Of a stretch of DNA of 64,000 nt, positions 20,744 through 28,535 are shown piece after piece (position 1 is the first letter of the stretch; every line of letters begins with the position of its first letter). The stretch is from an uncultured Proteiniphilum sp. (lineage in GTDB: Bacteria; Bacteroidota; Bacteroidia; Bacteroidales; Dysgonomonadaceae): positions 5,008-69,007 of the forward strand of contig CAYTQG010000002.1 in NCBI GenBank assembly GCA_964439965.1, given 5' to 3'. The translations under genes and the position numbers were made by a program. The notes beneath the pieces were generated by a model, which ran no database searches, was not told the origin of the DNA, and was given only the letters and a program-made list of their open reading frames with translations.

Positions 20744-20784
20744 AAAAAAACAAGAGAGGGCTTCAGCTGAAGTCCTCTCTTGTT
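20744..20784. terminator. Terminator between the convergent small membrane gene and fabH
   Basis: AACAAGAGAGGGCTTC-AGCT-GAAGTCCTCTCTTGTT stem. Confidence 0.8.
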
Positions 20785-20816
20785 ATATAGGAGTGTTTGT
20801 TGTTTTATTTCCAATA

Positions 20817-21899
20817 CTATGGTATTTTATAAATCACGCAGTTGATGTTCATTCCTGCACCCACAGAGGTCAGTACAATGTTATCTCCCGATTTCACCTC
20901 ATGACCCTCCATTTCATTTCTCATCACCAAGTCAAGTAGGGTGGGCACTGTAGCTACTGATGAGTTGCCTAACCACGATATAGTCATAGGCATCACCGAC
21001 TCAGGTATCTCTCTTATTCCATATAGTCTAAACAAACGTGCTAAGATAGCATCATCCATTTTGCCATTTGCTTGATGTATAAGCACCTTCTTAACATCGT
21101 TTATATGAAGTCCTAGTTTGTCAAGTCCAGCCTTTAATGTTTTCGGAACATTCTCTAATGCATACTGATACAATCTGCGGCCATTCATTTTTAGGAAAAG
21201 CTCGTCATCCTTAGCGCGCTCTTCGCTGTATGATGTGCCCATCTTCAATAAGTTGACATAATCAACAGCATCACTTCTAGAGCTATGGCCCAAAATGCCT
21301 ACTGGTGTTTCGCTTTCTACTGCCTCCACCACCACAGCACCAGCACCGTCAGCATAAATCATGCTATCTCTATCGTGTGGGTCAGAAATTCTTGACAATA
21401 CATCGGCACCAATAACTAAAACTTTTTTTGCATCTCCCGATCTGATATAGTAATCAGCCTGTATTAGAGCCTGCACCCATCCTGGGCAGCCAAAAAGAAT
21501 GTCGTACGACACAGTGTTTGGGTTCTGAATACCCAGCTTAGCCTTCACTCTAGATGCCAAAGCAGGAGTCACATCAATGCGAGTATCATTAGGACGAATA
21601 TCGCCAAAGTTGTGCGCCAAAATAATATAGTCTAGCTCCTCCTGATCAATTTTGGCAGCCTCTATTGCTTTTTGAGCTGCAATAAAAGCTAGATCCGAAG
21701 TTACCTGATCATCCTCAGCATATCTTCTTTCAGAAATTGTTGTGATTTCTTCAAATTTATCTACAATCTCCTGATTATCTCTGTCGATAATTTGACCAGT
21801 TGACTCTAAAAAATTATGGCTCAGAAAGTCATTATTTTTTACTATTTTAGTGGGCACATATCTCCCTGTTCCTGTAATTTGGCTATAAATTTTTTTCAT
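20817..21899 (-). CDS. fabH: Beta-ketoacyl-ACP synthase III family
   Basis: GTGRYVP, FGCPGW (Cys), HQAN, GNSSVAT catalytic triad. Confidence 0.88.
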   Translation of the reverse strand: MKKIYSQITGTGRYVPTKIVKNNDFLSHNFLESTGQIIDRDNQEIVDKFEEITTISERRYAEDDQVTSDLAFIAAQKAIEAAKIDQEELDYIILAHNFGDIRPNDTRIDVTPALASRVKAKLGIQNPNTVSYDILFGCPGWVQALIQADYYIRSGDAKKVLVIGADVLSRISDPHDRDSMIYADGAGAVVVEAVESETPVGILGHSSRSDAVDYVNLLKMGTSYSEERAKDDELFLKMNGRRLYQYALENVPKTLKAGLDKLGLHINDVKKVLIHQANGKMDDAILARLFRLYGIREIPESVMPMTISWLGNSSVATVPTLLDLVMRNEMEGHEVKSGDNIVLTSVGAGMNINCVIYKIP

Positions 21900-22099
21900 A
21901 CCAAAGTTTTAAATTATTAATAACCTACTTAGGCGCAAAGATAGTCATTAAAATGATACATAGGCTTTTTATTTATTTTTAATTAGCTATATATATGCTC
22001 TTATTCACTTCCTTGTTATATATATAATATGTGAGGCTCCGTTTTTAGTAAAAATAGAGCCTCCATATTTAATAAAATAAAAAACTATTTTGTTCTAAA

Positions 22100-24079
22100 T
22101 CATATTAGCTTATCTATTAGCTCATCATCTACTAGATAAGGCTCAGTGATAACGTATTCATCCTTATATTTCTCATTAAATTGTGATACCGTTTCCATTG
22201 CGTTGCTATTTCTAGCCCAAGCTCTGCGAGCCACTCCACCCATCACATCCCACATCATTGCCGATTTTATAATTTCGTCAACTCTCTTGCTTCCATCGCA
22301 CACCAGTCCGAAGCCACCATTTATCGATTTGCCAATACCCACACCACCGCCATCGTGAAGTGCCACAAGGCTCATGCCCCTAGCAGCATTGCCGGCAAAG
22401 CACTGCACAGCCATATCAGCCATCACATTGCTACCATCTTTAATATTTGATGTTTCGCGAAACGGTGAGTCTGTTCCACTCACATCGTGGTGGTCTCTGC
22501 CCAGCATGATAGGACCAATTTCGCCATTGCGCACCATCTCATTAAATTTTAGTGCTATTTTGGTTCGTCCCTCAGCATCCTGATACAAAATGCGAGCATA
22601 AGTGCCCACTACCAGTTGGTTTTTTTCCGCATCGCGAATCCATTTCCAGTTGTCCATATCCTGACCACGCCTATTGGGGTCGATGCAATCCATAGCAGCT
22701 TTATCTGTTTTCTCCAAATCTTTGTAATCGCCACTCAAGCACACCCATCTAAAGGGTCCATAGCCATAATCGAAAAGTTCGGGACCCATAATATCCTCTA
22801 CATAAGATGGGAAAATGAAGCCATCTTTATCATCAACGCCATTTTTCGAAATCTCTTTTACGCCACTATCAAAAATAGCCTTCATAAACGAGTTGCCATA
22901 ATCGAAAAAGTAAGTGCCATTATCCACCAGTTTTTGTATTAGTCTGAAATGCTTTTCGAGCGACTCATTTACCAGCTTTTTAAATGTATTTCTGTCTTCT
23001 TTTAGTAATCGCGAGCGTTCATCAAAGGTGATACCTGCCGGACAATATCCGCCCGTATAGGGTTCGTGACACGAAGTTTGATCGCTCAATAATCCGATAT
23101 GTATATTGTTCTCAACCGCATACTCAAGCAGATCAATAATATTGCCATGATATGCTATCGACAATGGCTCTTTATTTTCCATAGCCTCTGCAGCACTGTC
23201 AAAGGCAGTTTTAGCATCGTTGGTTGACATTTTTACCCATCCTTGATCGATACGAGTTTTGATTCTCGAAAAATCCACCTCGGCCACTATTGATGCTGCT
23301 CCTGCAATATCAGCAGCTTTTGGTTGAGCACCACTCATACCCCCCAGTCCCGATGATACAAATAGATGCCCCCTCAAATCACCATCTTGCGGCACACCCA
23401 GCTTCATACGCCCAGCATTTAGCAATGTGTTGAAAGTGCCGTGCACAATGCCTTGTGGACCTATATACATCCATCCACCTGCCGTCATTTGTCCATAATT
23501 TGCCACCCCCATTTGTGCAGCAATTTCCCAATCTTCAGGATTATTGAACTGTCCCACCATCATAGAGTTAGTAATTATTACTCTCGGTGCTTCAGGCTTC
23601 GATTTAAATAAGCCCAATGGGTGTCCACTCTCTATCACCAGTGTTTGGTCTTGGGTTAGCTCCTCCAGATACTTCATTATCAATTGATACTGCATCCAGT
23701 TTTGGCACACTTGCCCCGACTCGCCATAAGTTACCAATTCGCGAGGATAAAGTGCTATATCTTCTGATAGATTATTGTCAATCATCACCTGAAAAGCCTT
23801 TCCTTCAATACACTTTCCTTTATATTCGTTTATCGACTTTGGTTGTGGTGAGCGGTGCGGTCTATATCTATATCCATATATTCTGCCACGCGTTTTCAGT
23901 TCCTCCAAAAACTCGGGTGCTAATTCTTCGTGTAGTTCCTCAGGGATATATCTGAGCGCGTTACGCAATGCAATTTTAGTTTGTTCTGGATTTAGTTTGT
24001 ATCCTCTATCGGGAGCTACTCTGCCATTAAATTTAAATAATGGTAGCTTAGGAAGCTCATTGGGTAAGGTTATCTTCAT
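22100..24079 (-). CDS. hutU: Urocanate hydratase (long 659-aa type)
   Basis: ELVTYG, GQMTAGGWMYIGPQGIVHGT, GLGGMSGAQP, SDQTSCH, GPFRWVCLSG, GRDHHD. Confidence 0.95.
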   Translation of the reverse strand: MKITLPNELPKLPLFKFNGRVAPDRGYKLNPEQTKIALRNALRYIPEELHEELAPEFLEELKTRGRIYGYRYRPHRSPQPKSINEYKGKCIEGKAFQVMIDNNLSEDIALYPRELVTYGESGQVCQNWMQYQLIMKYLEELTQDQTLVIESGHPLGLFKSKPEAPRVIITNSMMVGQFNNPEDWEIAAQMGVANYGQMTAGGWMYIGPQGIVHGTFNTLLNAGRMKLGVPQDGDLRGHLFVSSGLGGMSGAQPKAADIAGAASIVAEVDFSRIKTRIDQGWVKMSTNDAKTAFDSAAEAMENKEPLSIAYHGNIIDLLEYAVENNIHIGLLSDQTSCHEPYTGGYCPAGITFDERSRLLKEDRNTFKKLVNESLEKHFRLIQKLVDNGTYFFDYGNSFMKAIFDSGVKEISKNGVDDKDGFIFPSYVEDIMGPELFDYGYGPFRWVCLSGDYKDLEKTDKAAMDCIDPNRRGQDMDNWKWIRDAEKNQLVVGTYARILYQDAEGRTKIALKFNEMVRNGEIGPIMLGRDHHDVSGTDSPFRETSNIKDGSNVMADMAVQCFAGNAARGMSLVALHDGGGVGIGKSINGGFGLVCDGSKRVDEIIKSAMMWDVMGGVARRAWARNSNAMETVSQFNEKYKDEYVITEPYLVDDELIDKLI

Positions 24080-24132
24080 TTCTTGAATTAATATTTAAGT
24101 GGTTTATTAAATTTATAAATTGTTTCTGCGAG

Positions 24133-24164
24133 TAAAATTAGCAATTAATAGTTTCTCAAACAAA
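24133..24164 (-). promoter_or_regulatory. Candidate hutU promoter
   Basis: Minus strand TTTG (24161-24164)-N20-TAATTTTA (24133-24140), one mismatch to TAnnTTTG. Confidence 0.5.
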
Positions 24165-24284
24165 ATTGCTAGCTTATTTTAATTGTATGTGCATGTTGTT
24201 GATTTATATTGATGTTCTATATGCATTAATATACATCCACAGCCCTGCTGCTGGATAGCTGTATTGTGAAGCTAAAGGTTCTCG

Positions 24285-24975
24285 TCGCACTCAATGCAAC
24301 ACATCATTGCACCTCATAGCTTGCCAATCGCACGACGTGCGAAGCATCACTGCTTGCCCACTAAGCTCATCGCACGCTATGAAAATGATAGTTTTCCCAT
24401 TTTAGTTGCCAATCGCACGCTGTGATTACGGTTGCTGATTAATATATATTGTAATCGCACGCTGTGCTTTAGCATTCGTTAAGTTGGCAGTACTCTTCGC
24501 ACGTCGTGCGATTGTCATATCCTATGCCACTATGGGCTTTCGCACGTCGTGCGAAGACCACTGCTAGCTCAAAGCTACTGTTCGCACGCCGTGCGAGACC
24601 TTGCTGAGTGCCTCCCGGTTGTCTTCGCACGTCGTGTTTTAGTTTATTTAATAGCTGGAGTAGGCTGTTTCACGGCGTGCGATAACAATTGTTAGTGTAT
24701 CGGGTACCTTCGCACGCCGTGCGAAGGCATGGGTGTGAGTCAAAGTACCCTTTCGCACGCCATGCGAAGAGCACTTCAAGCTTGATATGGTCTTCGCATG
24801 ACGTGCGAGAGGTTGGTTTTTTGGCGATTGTTAATGAAAACCGCATTTTTGAGCTAATTGAGGCTTAAAATATGTTGTCGCATTAACTGAATTTGCAATA
24901 TTGCTAAAAATGATACCCTTCGCATGGCGTGCGATTGTCATGTTGAGCTTGCATGAGCGTTCGCATTCTTTGCGA
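24285..24975. repeat. Regularly interspaced palindromic array: 15-bp core TCGCACG-N-CGTGCGA, 41-43-bp period, variable 26-28-nt spacers, no cas genes
   Basis: Cores start at 24285, 24328, 24370, 24413, 24455, 24497, 24540, 24582, 24625, 24668, 24710, 24753, 24794, (~24836 eroded), 24878 (half site), 24920, 24961. Five are perfect (24328, 24497, 24540, 24582, 24710) and three have one mismatch (24753, 24794, 24920). Confidence 0.95.
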
Positions 24976-25250
24976 ACGTCATCTTTTTCAAGGATGACTA
25001 CGATGTGGTTCTTTGTTCTGACTGATAATAAGGTAAGTAGGATATTTTAACGCCGAGAATGTTAAAAATTAACTTTCTGGGTTGTGCTCATAATATGGCT
25101 CAAATGTGAATAATTGCAAATCACAAATGTGTCGTATTGATTTATTAACATAGTTGTAGCCCGATTTTGTGTCATTACTGACGTGCAAAAAAGCTACATC
25201 TTGTATATTATTTCATTATAGCTAGCCAGTTATGCATGTGAAATATTTTT

Positions 25251-25282
25251 TTTGTCATAATCCTTTATAATATCTATCTTTG
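25251..25282 (+). promoter_or_regulatory. Promoter of cutC-GH20
   Basis: TTTG (25251-25254)-N20-TATCTTTG (25275-25282). Confidence 0.7.
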
Positions 25283-25340
25283 TATAAGCAATTAAGCATG
25301 TTAGATTCGACAAATAAAACAATTCAATAATAAAATCATT

Positions 25341-26093
25341 ATGGACTACAAACTTGAGATTTGTGCAAACTCAGTGGCCAGTTGCGTAGAGGCGCAAAAA
25401 GGTGGTGCTTATCGTGTGGAGCTTTGTGCTGCAATTCCCGAAGGGGGAACCACGCCATCGTATGGCGAAATGGCAGTGGCAAGAGAGTTGCTAGATATTA
25501 AGCTAAATGTAATAATCAGACCTCGTGGGGGAGATTTTCTGTATTCGGATGTAGAGCATCGTGCAATGCTAAAGGATATTGAGATAGCCCGCCAAGTAGG
25601 TGTTGACGGAGTTGTGATAGGTTGCCTAACTGCTGATGGCGATATTGATATGGAAAAAAATCGCGAACTAATAGAAGCGGCAGGCGATATGAGTGTTACT
25701 TTTCACCGAGCATTCGATAAGTGCCGCAATCCCAAAGAGGCACTAGAGCAAATTATAGAGCTTGGCTGCGATCGCATACTTACTTCGGGACAACGACCCA
25801 AAGCTGAGCAGGGTGCACAGCTACTAAAAGAGCTAGTGGAGCAAGCTGGCGATAGAATTATCATAATGCCCGGAAGTGGAGTAAACGAGGACAATATAGC
25901 TTTTCTTGCTAGCGAAACTAAAGCAAAGGAGTTTCACTTGTCCGCTCGTGTGCCAGTGAAAAGCGAAATGAAGTTCCGCAACGAAGAGGTTTCGATGGGT
26001 GGAACAAACATTACAATTGATGAATTTGTGAAAGACATCACTAGTGCTGATAGAGTAAAGAATACTTTTTCGCAACTAGCCGACGTAAAATAA
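25341..26093 (+). CDS. cutC: CutC family TIM-barrel protein
   Basis: LEICANS, RVELC, GGTTPS, IRPRGGDF, TFHRAFD, RILTSG. Confidence 0.93.
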   Translation: MDYKLEICANSVASCVEAQKGGAYRVELCAAIPEGGTTPSYGEMAVARELLDIKLNVIIRPRGGDFLYSDVEHRAMLKDIEIARQVGVDGVVIGCLTADGDIDMEKNRELIEAAGDMSVTFHRAFDKCRNPKEALEQIIELGCDRILTSGQRPKAEQGAQLLKELVEQAGDRIIIMPGSGVNEDNIAFLASETKAKEFHLSARVPVKSEMKFRNEEVSMGGTNITIDEFVKDITSADRVKNTFSQLADVK

Positions 26094-26120
26094 ACAGATA
26101 TACTAAAAATAATATTTACA

Positions 26121-28448
26121 ATGAGAAGAATTTACAAACTACTATCTCTGCTAGTTTTTGCCGCACTTTTTGTTTCGTGCGACGCTAGACAGGAAAAAAG
26201 TGCAGACTACAATGTGGTGCCACTTCCAGCAGAGATAACATTATCGGAAGGCTCGAATTTTAATTTAAAGCCATCCACAAAAATTGTTTATACCGAAGGA
26301 AATGATAAGATGCAACGCAATGCCGAGTTCTTGGCCGACTTCCTACAGCTTTCGGTTGGTATAAAGCCTGCTATTACTACCACTATGGCCGATGCGGATG
26401 CGATAATCTTGTCCAACGAGTTGAGCTCAAGCAACGATGAGGCCTATCAATTGGTGGTAAATCAAAACACTATTACCATCAATGGTAGCAGCGAAGCCGG
26501 CGTGTTTTATGGTATCCAAACACTTCGTAAAGCCACACCAGTAGGTAATTACGATGTGAAATATCCTAGCGTTACTATCAATGATGAGCCACGCTTTGGC
26601 TATCGTGGTATGATGCTTGATATAGCTCGCCATTTTGAGCCAGTTGAGTTTGTGAAAAAGTATATCGATTTGATAGCACTTCACAATATGAATAAATTTC
26701 ACTGGCATCTTACCGACGATCAAGGCTGGAGAATAGAGATAAAAAAATATCCTAAGCTTACTGAGATTGGTTCACAAAGAAAAGAAACAGTAATCGGGCA
26801 AAATACTCCTGAGTTTGATGGCATTCCACATGTAGGCTTTTATACTCAAGAGGAGATTAAAGAGGTGGTTAAGTATGCTGCTGACAGATACATTACAGTT
26901 ATACCCGAGGTGGATCTTCCTGGTCATATGCTAGCTGCATTGGCTGCATATCCCGAGTTTGGATGTACTGGTGGGCCATACGAAGTGGAGGGTCGCTGGG
27001 GCGTATTTGATGATGTGCTTTGCCCTGGAAAAGAGGAGACATTTACATTTATCGAAGATGTGCTTACAGAGGTTATGGAGCTTTTCCCATCAGAATATGT
27101 GCATATTGGTGGCGACGAGTGCCCCAAGGTACGCTGGGAAGAATGCCCCGATTGTCAAGCACGTATTAAAGAGCTGGGACTTAAAGATACACCAAAGCAC
27201 AAGAAAGAATTTTATCTACAAAGCTACGTAACGGCACGTGTTGAGAAATTCTTAAACGATAATGGTCGTCGCATGATTGGTTGGGACGAAATTTTAGAAG
27301 GCGAACTAGCTCCAAATGCTACAGTGATGTCGTGGCGTGGTGTAGGTGGCGGAATCGAAGCTGCCCAAATGAACCATGATGTGATAATGACTCCAAACAC
27401 ATACTACTATTTCGATTATTATCAAACACAATATGTAGAGGATGAGCCATTCTTGCAAATTGGTGGATACTTGCCAATAGAAACGGTTTATGGCTTCGAT
27501 CCAGCTCCCGAAGTTCTTACAGAAGAGCAAAAAGCCCATATCCTAGGTGCACAGGCAAACCTGTGGACTGAGTATCTAAAAACTCCCGAGATGGTTGAGT
27601 ATATGGTTCTACCACGTATGGCAGCACTTAGCGAGGGGCAATGGATGCAAAACGACAAGAAGGATTATAAAGAGTTTCTTACTCGTTTGCCACACATGAT
27701 GAATATTTATTCTGAGTTGGGCTACAACTATGCTACCCACGTTTTTGATGTGAATGCAAAGCTCGATCCAAACTTCGAAACAAATACTCTTGATGTTACT
27801 CTTTATACTATCGATGATGCTCCAATTTATTATACTCTTGATGGTAGCGAGCCTACTGCAAACTCAACTAAATATGAGGGTGTGTTTTCGATTAATGAAG
27901 ATACTGAAATAAAAGCTATAAGCATTCGCGAAGGCAATCAAAAGAGTAAAATCTATAGCGAGAAAGTGGTTGTGAATAAATCAACATTCAAGCCCGCTAA
28001 GCTACTTTCTAAAGCAGCTAATAGCTATGAGTTTAATGGTGCCGACTTGTTGGTTGATGGATTGTTTGGCGCTGCAAATTATAAAACTGGTCGCTGGATT
28101 GGTTTCCAAGGTCAGGATATGATTGTAGTGATAGATATGCTAGAGCCTACAGAAATTTCGAAAGCAATTATCAGAACAAATGTTGTAACTGGCGATTGGA
28201 TTTATGATGCTTCACAAATTGTGGTTGAAACATCCGAAGATGATGAAAATTACAACGTGGTTGCTACAAAAGATATAGCAGATGAGAACACCGATCATTG
28301 GTCGGCCATAAACACTCACGAGGTAGATTTTGATGCCACCACGGCTCGTTATTTCAAAGTAACGGTTAAGCCTAGCGTTATGCCCGATTGGCATCCTGGC
28401 AAGGGGCGTCGTGCCTTTATCTTTGTAGATGAGGTGGTGCTAGATTAG
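26121..28448 (+). CDS. GH20 beta-N-acetylhexosaminidase lipoprotein with C-terminal Fn3-associated and F5/8-like domains
   Basis: Lipobox FVSC; PRFGYRGMMLDIARH, HWHLTDDQGW, HIGGDE catalytic motif, YTLDGSEP. Confidence 0.92.
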   Translation: MRRIYKLLSLLVFAALFVSCDARQEKSADYNVVPLPAEITLSEGSNFNLKPSTKIVYTEGNDKMQRNAEFLADFLQLSVGIKPAITTTMADADAIILSNELSSSNDEAYQLVVNQNTITINGSSEAGVFYGIQTLRKATPVGNYDVKYPSVTINDEPRFGYRGMMLDIARHFEPVEFVKKYIDLIALHNMNKFHWHLTDDQGWRIEIKKYPKLTEIGSQRKETVIGQNTPEFDGIPHVGFYTQEEIKEVVKYAADRYITVIPEVDLPGHMLAALAAYPEFGCTGGPYEVEGRWGVFDDVLCPGKEETFTFIEDVLTEVMELFPSEYVHIGGDECPKVRWEECPDCQARIKELGLKDTPKHKKEFYLQSYVTARVEKFLNDNGRRMIGWDEILEGELAPNATVMSWRGVGGGIEAAQMNHDVIMTPNTYYYFDYYQTQYVEDEPFLQIGGYLPIETVYGFDPAPEVLTEEQKAHILGAQANLWTEYLKTPEMVEYMVLPRMAALSEGQWMQNDKKDYKEFLTRLPHMMNIYSELGYNYATHVFDVNAKLDPNFETNTLDVTLYTIDDAPIYYTLDGSEPTANSTKYEGVFSINEDTEIKAISIREGNQKSKIYSEKVVVNKSTFKPAKLLSKAANSYEFNGADLLVDGLFGAANYKTGRWIGFQGQDMIVVIDMLEPTEISKAIIRTNVVTGDWIYDASQIVVETSEDDENYNVVATKDIADENTDHWSAINTHEVDFDATTARYFKVTVKPSVMPDWHPGKGRRAFIFVDEVVLD

Positions 28449-28469
28449 ACATAAACATAAAACTATATA

Positions 28470-28518
28470 AGCATAAAAAAAGCCTGCACAAATTGTTATG
28501 TGCAGGCTTTTTTATGCT
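28470..28518. terminator. Bidirectional terminator
   Basis: AGCATAAAAAAAGCCTGCACA...TGTGCAGGCTTTTTTATGCT between convergent genes. Confidence 0.85.
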
Positions 28519-28535
28519 ATGCTAATTCTTTTGTC

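Noticed and set aside
24250..24950. Recurrent AGCT in spacers as a second motif
   Set aside because: It is not at a fixed offset from the cores, and AGCT is frequent throughout the window.
24285..24975. Calling the array a canonical CRISPR
   Set aside because: The repeat is only 15 bp and degenerate in many copies, spacer edges are related to each other, there is no consistent orientation, and no cas genes occur in 64 kb.
24285..24975. Array as a 14-aa repeat protein gene
   Set aside because: The period varies 41-43 bp (frameshifting) and no ORF of 60 aa or more is reported in any frame.
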